A stretch of 64,000 bases of DNA. It comes from Candidatus Dormiibacterota bacterium. GTDB taxonomy: Bacteria > Chloroflexota > Dormibacteria > Dormibacterales > Dormibacteraceae. A program made the position numbers and the translations under genes. Below, piece by piece: positions 7,430-17,711 of the stretch. How positions within the stretch are numbered: the stretch's first letter is position 1; each line of letters opens with the position of its first letter. Location of the stretch: the NCBI GenBank assembly GCA_035468355.1, contig DATITA010000012.1, positions 15,228 to 79,227 on the forward strand, written 5' to 3'. The notes beneath the pieces are model-generated. The model saw nothing but the letters and a program-made list of their open reading frames with translations. It did not search any database and was not told the origin of the DNA.

Positions 7430-8643
7430 GCGAATATTCTCTGGGCCTCTTTGATGGAACCGACCAGGCGGTCGACTTCGTCCTTCTGGGTGTAGACATA
7501 GAAGGACGCGCGAGCGGTGGCCGCCACGCCGAGTCGCGTCATGAGGGGCATCGCGCAGTGGTGTCCGGCCCGCAGGCACACCTGGTCGCGGTCGGCGATC
7601 GTGGCCAGGTCATGGGGGTGGATCCCCTCGAGCGCAAACGAGATGACTCCCGCGCGGTGTGATGGCGGCGGACCGTAGACGGTCAGGCCTTCGACCTCGC
7701 TGAGCGCCTCATAGGCATACTCGGTGATCTCGATCTCGTGCGCCCGCACTGCGTCCATGCCCAGGCCGACGAGATAGTCGACGGCAGCCCCGAGCCCGAT
7801 CACCTCAGCGATCGCCTGGGTACCCGCCTCGAACTTCCACGGCAAATCGTGGTAGGTCGTCCCCTCCAGGCGGACGGTCTTGATCATGTCGCCGCCGGAC
7901 ATGAAGGGGTCCATCATCTCGAGCAGCTCGCGGCGCCCGTACAGGATGCCGGCGCCCGTGGGCCCGAGCATCTTGTGGCCGCTGAACGCGTAGAAATCAC
8001 ATCCGAGCTCCTGCACGTCGACGGGTTGGTGCGGAGTGCTCTGGGCCGCGTCCACGAGCACAGTTGCGCCGGCCTTCCTCGCGGCGGCGACCATCGCGCG
8101 CGCCGGGTTGATGGTGCCCAGGGCGTTGCTCACCACGTTGAACGCGACGAGCTTTGGTCCGCGCGTCAACAGGTCGGCGTACTGGTCCTGGCGCAGCTCC
8201 CCTTTATCGTCGATGTCGACGAACTCGATCTTCGCGCCGCGCTCGGCGGCGAGGATCTGCCACGGGACGATGTTGGAGTGGTGGTCGAGGATCGTGAGCA
8301 CGATCAGGTCGCCGCGCTGGATGTTCTTACGGCCCCAGGAGTACGCCACGAGGTTGATGGCCTCGGTCGTGCCGCGCGTGTAGATGATCTCCTTGGTCGA
8401 GCTTGCGTTGATGAGACCGCGCACCTTCTCGCGCGTCGCCTCGTACCGGACGGTCGCCTCCTCCGCGATGTGGTACGCGGCGCGGTGGATGTTCGAGTTG
8501 AACTTCTCGAAATACTCGAGCATGGCGCCGGTCACCTGGCGTGGGCGCTGCGACGTGTTCGCCGAGTCCAGGTACGCGATGCCGGTCTCGAGGATCGGAA
8601 AGTCCTTCCTGATCGCGGTTACGTCGAGGGGTCGCACGGCCAT
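7426..8643 (-). CDS. sufS: cysteine desulfurase SufS (class V aminotransferase)
   Basis: FPIL...IAYLDSANTSQRP, DFYAFSGHKMLGPTGAGILY and RAGHHCAMPL. ATG at 8643, 2 nt after the Rieske gene's stop. Confidence 0.9.
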   Translation of the reverse strand: MAVRPLDVTAIRKDFPILETGIAYLDSANTSQRPRQVTGAMLEYFEKFNSNIHRAAYHIAEEATVRYEATREKVRGLINASSTKEIIYTRGTTEAINLVAYSWGRKNIQRGDLIVLTILDHHSNIVPWQILAAERGAKIEFVDIDDKGELRQDQYADLLTRGPKLVAFNVVSNALGTINPARAMVAAARKAGATVLVDAAQSTPHQPVDVQELGCDFYAFSGHKMLGPTGAGILYGRRELLEMMDPFMSGGDMIKTVRLEGTTYHDLPWKFEAGTQAIAEVIGLGAAVDYLVGLGMDAVRAHEIEITEYAYEALSEVEGLTVYGPPPSHRAGVISFALEGIHPHDLATIADRDQVCLRAGHHCAMPLMTRLGVAATARASFYVYTQKDEVDRLVGSIKEAQRIFA

Positions 8644-8645
8644 CC

Positions 8646-8960
8646 TCAGTCGGGCACCTCCACGAAGATGTCCTTGCCCTCCACGGTCACCGGGTAGGTC
8701 CTGGTGGGTATCACGGCCGGCAATCCAGTCACTTTGCCGGTCTTCAGGTTGAATCGCGAGCCGTGCTGCGGGCACTCGACGTCGAGCTCGAACAGCTCCC
8801 CCTGGCTGAGCAGGAAGTTCTCGTGGGTGCACTCGTCGTCGATGGCGTAGAAGTTGCCATCTTCCGCATGCGCCAGGCAGATCTCAGTGCCACCGGCCCG
8901 GACCCCTTTCAGCGCTTGAGCCGGTACCTCGTCGACCGACGCGACGCGATGCCTAGCCAA
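8646..8960 (-). CDS. Rieske [2Fe-2S] ferredoxin-like protein
   Basis: Contains CTHENFLLS ... CPQHGSRF, the C-x-H ... C-x-x-H Rieske motif. 104 aa. Confidence 0.85.
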   Translation of the reverse strand: MARHRVASVDEVPAQALKGVRAGGTEICLAHAEDGNFYAIDDECTHENFLLSQGELFELDVECPQHGSRFNLKTGKVTGLPAVIPTRTYPVTVEGKDIFVEVPD

Positions 8961-10149
8961 GACGTTTCTCCAGCTCGGCCTCGATCAGCGTTCTCGCGTG
9001 CTCGAAGGGGATGCGGTCGAGCACGTCGCCGAAAAAGCCCTGCACCAGCATCCGGCGCGCCGTTGCCTCAGGGATCCCCCGCGAGCGCAGGTAGAACATG
9101 TGCTGCGGGTCGATCGGGCCGACCGTTGCGCCGTGCGTGCACCGAACGTCGTTGTTGTCGATCTCGAGCATGGGGATGGATGTCGCTTTCGCGTGATCTG
9201 AAAGGACGAGGTTGCGGTTCGCCTGGTAGGCGTCGGACCGCGCGGCGCCCTTCTCGATCTTGATCAAACCGGCGTATACGGTCCGCGCCACGTCCTGGAG
9301 GGCGCCCTTGAACAGCAGGTCGGAGCGCGTGTTGCCGACCTGGTGATCTTGCAGGGTGTGGAAATCGAAGAACTGCTCGCCGGAGGCGAGGTAGATGGCT
9401 TTGAGCTCCGCGTCCGCCCCGGGGCCGACCAGGGAGGCTTCGACGCGCGTCTTCGAGAAACGTCCACCGAGCGTGACGTCGAAGAGGCGCAGCTTGGAAT
9501 CCTTGAGCAGCTGTGCGCGCTGGTCGCCAAAGTGCCAGGCGTTGCGGCCCCATTTCTGGACGGCCACGTACCCGACCTCGGAACCCTCGCCCAGGAAGAT
9601 CTCGGCCGACCCGCTGCGGTATCCCGACTCCTCGGAGTCCTCGCCGATGTACTCGTCGAGGTAATGGAATCGGGTGTTGCGGCCGGCCACGATCAGGGTG
9701 TGGGGGAGGACGAAGTTACCGCCCCCATGCGAGACGTGCCGGCCTAGGATGGGCTGCTCGATGACCACGCCGTCGGGCACGTAGAGGAATGTGCCCCCGG
9801 TGAACAAGGCCGCGTGCAGGGCGTTGAATTTGTCGCGGCCGGCGCCGACGAGTGAGAAAAGCCTCGGCTCGATCAGGTCGCGGTGCTTCGTGGCGGCGTC
9901 GCGCAGCGGCTCCAGGATCACCCCGGCGGGCAGCGGTCCGGTCTCGAGCTCGACGCCGTCGCGGTGCTCGAGCCCCGAGAAGGCGGAGGGTTCGAACCGG
10001 CTGACGTCGGTTCGTCGCCATTCCTCGTCGGTCTTGCTCGGCATCGGCAGCCGCTCATACGTCGCGAGCGCGGCGCGCCTGCGATCGCGCAGCCAGTCCG
10101 GTTCGCCCTGGAGGCCAGTGTTCTCCAGCGTCTCGGCGCTGATTGCCAT
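8953..10149 (-). CDS. sufD: Fe-S cluster assembly protein SufD
   Basis: 398 aa with a typical SufD C-terminus (...CTHGATVGPIDPQHMFYLRSRGI...). Sits between sufB and the Rieske gene. Confidence 0.85.
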   Translation of the reverse strand: MAISAETLENTGLQGEPDWLRDRRRAALATYERLPMPSKTDEEWRRTDVSRFEPSAFSGLEHRDGVELETGPLPAGVILEPLRDAATKHRDLIEPRLFSLVGAGRDKFNALHAALFTGGTFLYVPDGVVIEQPILGRHVSHGGGNFVLPHTLIVAGRNTRFHYLDEYIGEDSEESGYRSGSAEIFLGEGSEVGYVAVQKWGRNAWHFGDQRAQLLKDSKLRLFDVTLGGRFSKTRVEASLVGPGADAELKAIYLASGEQFFDFHTLQDHQVGNTRSDLLFKGALQDVARTVYAGLIKIEKGAARSDAYQANRNLVLSDHAKATSIPMLEIDNNDVRCTHGATVGPIDPQHMFYLRSRGIPEATARRMLVQGFFGDVLDRIPFEHARTLIEAELEKRLG

Positions 10150-10151
10150 GC

Positions 10152-11563
10152 TCAGCCTACCGAGCCCTCCATCTCGAGCTGGATGAGCCGGTTCAGCTCC
10201 ACCGCGTACTCGAGAGGAAGCTCCTTGGTGAATGGTTCGATGAAGCCGTTGACGATCATCGTCTCGGCCTCCGCGCGCGAGATACCGCGGCTCATGAGGT
10301 AGAAGAGCTGCTCGTCCGAGACCTTGCTCACGGTCGCCTCGTGGCCGAGGGTCACGTTCTCGGCGTCGACGTCGTTGTACGGGTACGTGTCCGAGCGAGA
10401 CTCATCGTCGAGCAGGAGCGCGTCGCACTTGACGAACGACTTGCAGTTGTTCGCGCCGGGGTACATCTTGATGTGACCTCGATACGAGGTCCGCCCGCCA
10501 TTCTTGGAGATCGACTTGGACGTGATGGTCGAGGTCGTGTTCGGCGCCACGTGGATCATCTTGCCGCCCGCGTCCTGGTGCTGGCCCTTACCGGCGAACG
10601 CCACCGAGAGCACGTCTCCCTTGGCGCCGGGCTCCATGAGGTAGACGCTGGGATATTTCATCGTGATCTGCGACCCCAGGTTTCCGTCGACCCACTCCAT
10701 GGTCGCGTCGCCGAACACCATCGCTCGCTTGGTCACGAGGTTGAAGACGTTGGTCGACCAGTTCTGGATCGTGGTGTACCGGCAGCGCGCGTTCTTCTTC
10801 ACGACGATCTCGACCACCGCGGAGTGCAGCGAGTCGGTGGTGTAGATGGGCGCGGTGCAGCCCTCGATGTAATGGACGAACGAGCCTTCGTCGCAGATGA
10901 TCAGCGTCCGCTCGAACTGGCCCATGTTCTCGGCGTTGATGCGGAAGTAAGCCTGCAGCGGGATGTCCACCCGGACGCCCTTCGGCACGTAGATGAACGA
11001 GCCGCCGGACCACACCGCGGTGTTCAGGGCCGCGAACTTGTTGTCCGCCGGCGGGATGATGGTGCCGAAGTATTCCTTGAACAGCTCGGGGTGATCGCGG
11101 AGCGCTGAATCCGTGTCGGTGAAGATGACGCCCTTCTTCGACAGCTCCTCGTGCAGGGAGTGATACACGACCTCCGATTCGTACTGCGCCGAGACGCCCG
11201 CGAGGAATTTGCGTTCCGCCTCGGGCACGCCCAGGCGGTCGTACGTCTTCTTGATGTCGGGCGGCAGGTCGTCCCACGTCTTCGACTGCTTGTCGGAGGC
11301 GCGCAGGTAATAGAAGATGTTCTCGAAGTCGATGACCGAGAGGTCCGCGCCCCACGTGGGCATGGGCTTCTTGCGGAAGATCTCGAGCGAGCGCAGCCGC
11401 ATCTTCATCATCCACTCGGGCTCTTTCTTCATCCACGAGATCTCCTTGACGATCTCAGGGTTCAGGCCGCGTTTGGCTTTGAAGACGTAGTCCTCGGGGA
11501 CGGAGAATCCGTACTTCTCTTTGTAATCGGAGCCAACGTCGACCTGCTTGGGTGCAGTAGCCA

Positions 11564-11564
<1 letters not shown>
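10152..11564 (-). CDS. sufB: Fe-S cluster assembly protein SufB
   Basis: Highly conserved SufB sequence (...[10 protein letters not shown]...[21 protein letters not shown]...). The ATG at 11564 is preceded by AGGAGG and overlaps the sufC stop (TGATG). The ORF track starts one codon earlier, at a TTG. Confidence 0.95.
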
Positions 11565-12332
<768 letters not shown>

Positions 12333-12340
<8 letters not shown>

Positions 12341-12977
12341 CTCTCTCTCCCTCCTCTTTCAATTCGTAGGTGCAATCGCTGGCCGCCTCGGCCATCCACG
12401 TCGAACGCGCGAGATCGGCGCCCAGCAACCTCTCGTACATCTCCTGCTCGCTCTGGCATGGCAGGCCGGTTCGGGCGGCGACGTCCTGAATGGGGCAATT
12501 GCAGTGCCGGAGGGCGAGCCCGCCGCCCGGGAGCTCGACCACCTCGGCCATGTGGCCGTGCTCGGTGGCCAGACGCGCCAGCTCGTGCAAACGCGAGGCC
12601 AGGTCCAGGCCCGCCAGTCGGGGTGCGTATTCGGCCTCGAGACGCGCAGCGCGCCGCTCGAAGAATTCCTTCAGCTGCTCGCCGGGCATGAAGTCGACCA
12701 GCTCGCCGGTCAGCTCTCGGTGCCCGTCGGGGAAGTGGTCGCCGGCGGCGGGGGTGAGGCGGTAAACGCTTTCCGGGCGGCCCCGTCCGTGCGGAACCGC
12801 CGCCACGGTGGCGAGCCCCCCGGCCTCCAGCGACTCGAGGTGGCGCAGCGCGCCCTGTTTGGACACCTCGAGGTGCGCTGCGATCTCACCGAGGGACGCC
12901 TGGCCCTGGGTCTTCAGGAAGGCGAGGATGGCTTCGCGCCTGGACTCCACGTTTCGAGTGTACGAGTTTGTCAACAT
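12333..12977 (-). CDS. sufR: ArsR/SufR-type winged-helix regulator with a C-terminal Cys cluster
   Basis: N-terminal wHTH (AILAFLKTQGQASLGEIAAHLEVSKQGALRHL) and C-terminal RHCNCP...LPCQ...DC. It is the first gene of the suf operon. Confidence 0.7.
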
Positions 12978-12994
12978 GGAGGTTGAAATACCCG

Positions 12995-13468
12995 TCAGGT
13001 GAGCAGGCGTGCACCTCGGCCTCGCGCAGCTCTCCCGCGACGAGCTCGAGGCGGTAGGCCAGGCGCCCGCCGACGTCGGTAACGGCCTCCTTCAGAGCCG
13101 TGCCCTCGAAGCACAGGCCGACCGCGTCGTCGGCGGCGAAGCCCGGCGGGAACCCGGACGATCACGTCCTGGTCGACGAGAAGAGGCTGCCACCGGGCTG
13201 CGTCCGGCGCTCCGAAAAGCTTGAGGTGCGCCGGTTGGGCGGGCCCCGCGAAGCGCTCGTAGAAGGTGACGATGTTCGGATCGGCGTCGGCGACCGGGGT
13301 AGGCAGGAACAAGACCTTGGGGCGATCGGGACCAGTCAGCTCGAGCACGTACTCGTCCAGCCTGGACCCGGGCCCCGATCCGCCGAAGCCGCCGCCGAAG
13401 GCGCCTCCGAAGCCGACGATGCGTCGGGGTCTTGTCACGGCCGCCAATTCTGGCAGTGTTCGCGTCAT
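12995..13468 (-). pseudogene. peptidase S51 (PepE-like) pseudogene with an internal deletion and frameshift
   Basis: The N-terminal part is in frame (RIVGFGG...LDEYVLELTGPDRPKVLFLPT...FYERF...VDQDVI). It then jumps, in another frame, to the family's C-terminal block (PGFAADDAVGLCFEGTALKEAVTDVGGRLAYRLEL). The central ~100 aa that would carry the catalytic residues are missing. Confidence 0.6.
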
Positions 13469-14618
13469 GGACCGCCTGCTGCTGTTCGCAGGACGTGGAC
13501 TTCGGGCTTTCGGCTTCGGCTTCGCGGCGGTCCTCATCGGCATCCACCTCGAACGTCGCGGTCTCACCGCGCCGGAGATCGGCCTCGCCCTGGCGATCGG
13601 GTTGGTCGCTGCTGCGCTGTCCGGTCTCGCATCGGCCGGCCTGTCGGCTCGGCTGGGGCGGCGGCGCACACTCGCCATCGCGGGGCTGCTCATGTCGCTG
13701 ACCGGTATCGACCTCGCGCTGGGAACTCAGGCCTGGCTTCTGATCCTCGCCGGCGTGACGGGGATGCTCGGCGCGGCCAGCGTCGACCTCGGCCCTTTCG
13801 CGTCGGTCGAGCAGGCAGTGCTGGCGGAGACCGTGCCCGCGGCGCGCCGCAACATCGCGTTCGCGCGTTACTCGCTCAGCGGCGGCCTCTTCAACGCGGC
13901 TGGAGGGCTTGCGGCCGCGCTCGCCACCGGTGCCGCTCAGTCGACGTTGTTCTTCGCGAGCTATGCGGCGATCGGCCTGATGACTGCCGCAATCCCTCTT
14001 TTCATGAGCGCGAAGGTGGAGCTGCCGAGCGCTGCCCCGGTGTTCGGCTCCTTCCGCCCGCTGGCCGGTCTAGCCGCGCTGTTCGCGCTCGATTCGCTCG
14101 GCGGTGGCTTCGTGGCCAACGCGGTCATTGCGTACTGGCTGCACGTCAGGTTCGGCGCCGGCACCGGCTCGCTGGGCCCGGTGTTCGCCGCCATCGCTCT
14201 GCTCCAGGCGCTCTCATACGAGGTGTCGGGGAGGCTGGGCAATCGGTTCGGGCTGGTCAACACGATGGTGTTCACGCACCTGCCGAGCAACGTGCTGCTG
14301 CTGCTCGTGCCGTTTGCCCCCAACCTGGCCTGGGCGGTCGGGATCCTGCTCGCGCGCTTCGCGCTCTCGCAGATGGACGTACCTGCGCGCCAGGCCTACA
14401 TCGTTTCGATCGTCCCTCCGGCGCAGCGCGCGGGCGCGGTCGCGATGACCGGCGCCGTGCGCGGCGTCGCCCAGTCGTTCGGGCCCGCCCTCGCCGGCGT
14501 CGCGATCGGCGCGGCGGCCTACGGACTGCCCTTCTTTGCCGGGGGCGGCCTCAAGATCGCGTATGACATCGCCCTTTTTGCCGGTTTTCGCAACCGCCGG
14601 GCGGCGCACGAGATATAA
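13467..14618 (+). CDS. MFS-type transporter
   Basis: About 12 hydrophobic helices, with loop motifs GLSARLGRRRTL and RLGNRFG. The ATG at 13467 overlaps the pseudogene's ATG head to head (CATG). Confidence 0.75.
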   Translation: MDRLLLFAGRGLRAFGFGFAAVLIGIHLERRGLTAPEIGLALAIGLVAAALSGLASAGLSARLGRRRTLAIAGLLMSLTGIDLALGTQAWLLILAGVTGMLGAASVDLGPFASVEQAVLAETVPAARRNIAFARYSLSGGLFNAAGGLAAALATGAAQSTLFFASYAAIGLMTAAIPLFMSAKVELPSAAPVFGSFRPLAGLAALFALDSLGGGFVANAVIAYWLHVRFGAGTGSLGPVFAAIALLQALSYEVSGRLGNRFGLVNTMVFTHLPSNVLLLLVPFAPNLAWAVGILLARFALSQMDVPARQAYIVSIVPPAQRAGAVAMTGAVRGVAQSFGPALAGVAIGAAAYGLPFFAGGGLKIAYDIALFAGFRNRRAAHEI

Positions 14619-14629
14619 GGTCTTCCATC

Positions 14630-15157
14630 GTGCCTGATGAGCTGGCCAACCTCGATGCCGCCGAGCTGGAGCAGCGGATCGCGGCCGTGCGCGAGCAGAT
14701 GCGTCCGCTCGAGCAGGGGCTTGCGGGGCTCCGGGGCGAACGCGACGTGCTCCAGACGGAGCTCAGGCGTCGCGAGAGGCTCACGCATCGTGCCAACCGC
14801 GCCGACCTGAAGGCGGCCATGCGCGAGGGCCGTTTCCCGAGCGTCGCGGACCTGATCGCGGGCGGCGAGCCCGAGTCCCTTGAGCGCTTCGTCTACAACC
14901 TGAAGACGGGCGGAGAGGTGCGGCTCGGCTATCCCGGCGCGCGGGCGCAGAGCTTGACCTTCACCGACGGGGTCAAGGTCGCGCAAGCCACGGACCTGGC
15001 CCAGGCGGGAGAGCTCTACCTGGCAGGCTGGGAGCTGGGCAGCCCCGGCCGGCCCGGCGTCCGAGTGCACTTTCCGGGGACTCGCCAGGAGCGGGTGGTC
15101 CCGGCGGACGAGGTGTTCGCTCTCCCAGCCGGTGGAACCATTAAGTCAATTTCTTAA
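14630..15157 (+). CDS. hypothetical protein (N-terminal coiled coil)
   Basis: 175-aa ORF with a GTG start, coding-like composition and no recognisable motif. The last ~9 codons and the stop lie inside copy 1 of the AT-rich repeat. Confidence 0.5.
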   Translation: MPDELANLDAAELEQRIAAVREQMRPLEQGLAGLRGERDVLQTELRRRERLTHRANRADLKAAMREGRFPSVADLIAGGEPESLERFVYNLKTGGEVRLGYPGARAQSLTFTDGVKVAQATDLAQAGELYLAGWELGSPGRPGVRVHFPGTRQERVVPADEVFALPAGGTIKSIS

Positions 15158-15190
15158 CGCTGAGATAATCCCGAGGGGCTCCCGTAGGCT
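15127..15190 (+). repeat. tandem direct repeat, copy 1 (~64 bp, period 76 bp)
   Basis: agccggtggaaccATTAAGTCAATTTCTTAACGCTGAGATAATCccgaggggctcccgtaggct. The 32-nt core is identical to copy 2. Confidence 0.9.
15141..15169 (+). promoter_or_regulatory. sigma70-like promoter candidate P1 with an overlapping palindrome
   Basis: TTAAGT, a 17-nt spacer, then GATAAT. Inverted repeat TTAAG-N7-CTTAA at 15141..15157. Confidence 0.45.
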
Positions 15191-15202
15191 GTTCGCTCGC
15201 TC

Positions 15203-15265
15203 AGCCGGTGGGACATTAAGTCAATTTCTTAACGCTGAGATAATCACCAGGGCCTCCCGTAGGCT
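15203..15265 (+). repeat. tandem direct repeat, copy 2
   Basis: agccggtgggacATTAAGTCAATTTCTTAACGCTGAGATAATCaccagggcctcccgtaggct. Confidence 0.9.
15216..15244 (+). promoter_or_regulatory. sigma70-like promoter candidate P2 (duplicate of P1), 28 nt upstream of the 15272 start codon
   Basis: Identical TTAAGT-17 nt-GATAAT and the same palindrome. Confidence 0.5.
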
Positions 15266-15271
15266 CACCGA

Positions 15272-16855
15272 ATGATCGCCGTCAGGCGCCCCCTCCTCGG
15301 GTTTGGCGCCAGCATCCCGGTTTCAGCGCCAGCGGTCCGCCGAAGGCCGGGCGGCATACCCAGCAGGGTTTCCGCCCTGTTGATGGTGATGGCGCTCGTG
15401 GGCACGCTCTGGGGCGGCGGGCTGATGGATGCCGGCTACGCGCTGCGGCTTCAGACGCGCGCCGGGGACCTTCATACGCGCTGGGCTTCCATGGTGGCGA
15501 ACGGCATCCCGGCCTACGAGCTGGCCCAGCTCGAGCAGGAGTGGGCTGGCGGCCAGACGCGGACCTACCTCGGCGTGGGTGCCATGTTCTGGCTGCCCGA
15601 GGCGCACGCGACGCTCGACCGCTGGCAGGTCCAGACCGACCAGATCTGGGTCCGGGACATCAACGTGTACCGCTCCGGCGCCCTCGAGGCCGAGCAGAGC
15701 CTGCATCGCGCGATTGGCCCGGAGCCTCTCGCGCAGCGCAAGGCCCGGCTCGACGCATTCACGGACGCGAGCACGCCGGCGGACTTTTTCGCCTTGCGCT
15801 CGACCTGGGACCTCGAGGCTCGGCTGGTTCCGATCGACCGTCGAATGGCAACCGTGACCGCGGCGATCGGGCAGGAGGCGAGCCAGGCGAAGGCGATGGG
15901 GATCCGCAGCGACCCGGCGGCGGACCTCCTGGCCCAGGCTGACGTATACAGCGGTCTCGGCTCGCAAGACCGGCTGGCTCGCGCCGAGCTGCTGACCCGC
16001 GGCCAGACCGCTGCGCAGAAGGACCTGCAGGGTCGCCTCGACGCCGCCGCAATCACCCAGTCGGCGATGGCCCGTACCAACGGCGTGATTACGACGGCGG
16101 GCTACTACGGGCTCGACATCTCCCGCTATCGATCGCGGGTGGCCACCGACCTGGGCAAGTACGGCAGCGTCCTCACCCCCGCGCTGTTCGACGCGATCAC
16201 GGCGGACTTGAACACCGTCGCCGCGGCCGCCAACCACGAGATCTACCTGTCGCTCAGCCGCCCGCACCTGGTCTCCGGCGTCACCTTCTACTACCAGGAT
16301 CACCCGCTGAGCTGCGAGGAGGCTGCGCTGTCGATGGCGCTTTCGCACCAGGGCATCAACCTGAGCCAGGACCAGATCCTGGCTGAGCTTGGTGCCGACA
16401 CGCGCCCTAAGTACGTCGACGGGCAGGGCCGCGTGCGCTGGGGCAACCCGTATCAGACGTTCGTCGGGAACGTGAACGACAGCGAGAGCAACTACACGGG
16501 TTTCGGGACCTATTACCCCCCGCTCGTGCGCGTGGCGCAGGCACACGGGGCGCGAATCCTGGATTACGGGTCGATGTCGGCGGCCACGATCTATGCGCGC
16601 GTCACCGCCGGTCACCCGGTGGTCGCGTTCGCGACCTGGGACTGGCAGTGGCACCCCCGGCACGATTACCTGAGCTTCGACGGTCAGTCGATCCCCTGGA
16701 TCGGCCCCGTCTTCGCGTCACACGTATACGTCGTCGTGGGGGTGAACCCGACCCAGGTGCTGGTCGACGACCCGATCAGGGGCCAGTACTGGATCAGCAA
16801 GGGCGCGTTCGAGGCCGGGTACTCAGACTTCCGGGAAGCGATCGTCCTTGCCTGA
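15272..16855 (+). CDS. membrane-anchored protein with a C-terminal C39-like (YvpB / Peptidase_C39_2-like) cysteine peptidase domain
   Basis: N-terminal TM helix (VSALLMVMALVGTLWGGG), about 300 aa of helical region, then YQDHPLSCEEAALSMAL ... ASHVYVVVG ... VLVDDP, a Cys...His...Asp pattern shared with the two paralogs. Confidence 0.65.
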   Translation: MIAVRRPLLGFGASIPVSAPAVRRRPGGIPSRVSALLMVMALVGTLWGGGLMDAGYALRLQTRAGDLHTRWASMVANGIPAYELAQLEQEWAGGQTRTYLGVGAMFWLPEAHATLDRWQVQTDQIWVRDINVYRSGALEAEQSLHRAIGPEPLAQRKARLDAFTDASTPADFFALRSTWDLEARLVPIDRRMATVTAAIGQEASQAKAMGIRSDPAADLLAQADVYSGLGSQDRLARAELLTRGQTAAQKDLQGRLDAAAITQSAMARTNGVITTAGYYGLDISRYRSRVATDLGKYGSVLTPALFDAITADLNTVAAAANHEIYLSLSRPHLVSGVTFYYQDHPLSCEEAALSMALSHQGINLSQDQILAELGADTRPKYVDGQGRVRWGNPYQTFVGNVNDSESNYTGFGTYYPPLVRVAQAHGARILDYGSMSAATIYARVTAGHPVVAFATWDWQWHPRHDYLSFDGQSIPWIGPVFASHVYVVVGVNPTQVLVDDPIRGQYWISKGAFEAGYSDFREAIVLA

Positions 16856-16880
16856 GCCTCGCGGGTTGGGGTGGGCGGCG

Positions 16881-17645
16881 CTAGGCGGCCGGGGCCAGCA
16901 CGAGGAAGACTCGACCAGCATTGAGATTCGGATAGGCCTGGTCGAGGTCGTCGATGGCGTGCATCAGCTGGTCGAAGGGGATGTGGTACCCGTGGCCGCG
17001 CGTCAGGCCGGGATCGTTGAGGACGTAAGCATCCCCCTGGTCGTACCCGGTCACGACCAGGTAGTGCGAGACCGACCAGCCCGGCTGCTCGAAATGCGTG
17101 CTGAAGCCGGGGTAGTTCGTGTTGCCGAGACCGTGCGTGCGGACCCCCACGATCAGGGGCCGCCCGAGCGCGAGCTGCTGCTTCATGCTCAACCGGTCGG
17201 CCGGCACCACCTGGTAAGCCCACCCGAGGTTCGTGTTGGCGACTTCTCCGAGCTGCTGGACAGTGAGGTCGACGGTAGGCTTCCAGGCTGTGATCTGGTT
17301 GATCGCAGCGTCGGCGGTGTGGGGGTCGATGAGAGCGCCCGAGTGGTCCCCGCGCAGGTAGCGGTCGACCATCACCAGGCTCGCTTCCTCGCAAGTGTGC
17401 TGTCGCGCCGCCCAGTTGCCGAGCGGGGCCTGAGGCGTGAACGGCACCGGCAGGATGACGGCGACGGGCAGGTTGACCGGCGGCTGGTCGCTCGGCGCTG
17501 CGGTGCTGACGGTGATGGGAACGATGTCGGGGGTGACGTAGCTCACCCGGGGGCCCGCGCCGAAGAACGCGAAGTAGACCCCCGCCCCGATTGCGATCAT
17601 GGCGACCACGCCGAGCGCGGCCACCCACTTCAGGAGCCGGATCAT
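16881..17645 (-). CDS. membrane-anchored C39-like cysteine peptidase (paralog B)
   Basis: TM anchor, then VPFTPQAPLGNWAARQHTCEEASLVMV ... SHYLVVTGYD ... YVLNDPG. Confidence 0.65.
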   Translation of the reverse strand: MIRLLKWVAALGVVAMIAIGAGVYFAFFGAGPRVSYVTPDIVPITVSTAAPSDQPPVNLPVAVILPVPFTPQAPLGNWAARQHTCEEASLVMVDRYLRGDHSGALIDPHTADAAINQITAWKPTVDLTVQQLGEVANTNLGWAYQVVPADRLSMKQQLALGRPLIVGVRTHGLGNTNYPGFSTHFEQPGWSVSHYLVVTGYDQGDAYVLNDPGLTRGHGYHIPFDQLMHAIDDLDQAYPNLNAGRVFLVLAPAA

Positions 17646-17711
17646 CGATTCCCAACACCGACCGAGCTCCGCGACGGTCGTTCCATGCCCGCAGCCGAGT
17701 ATAGGCGTGGC

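Noticed and set aside
12960-12994. A perfect TTGACA just inside sufR (12968..12973) as the suf promoter -35 element.
   Set aside because: No acceptable -10 hexamer lies at 16-19 nt spacing, and the element sits downstream of the chosen sufR ATG.
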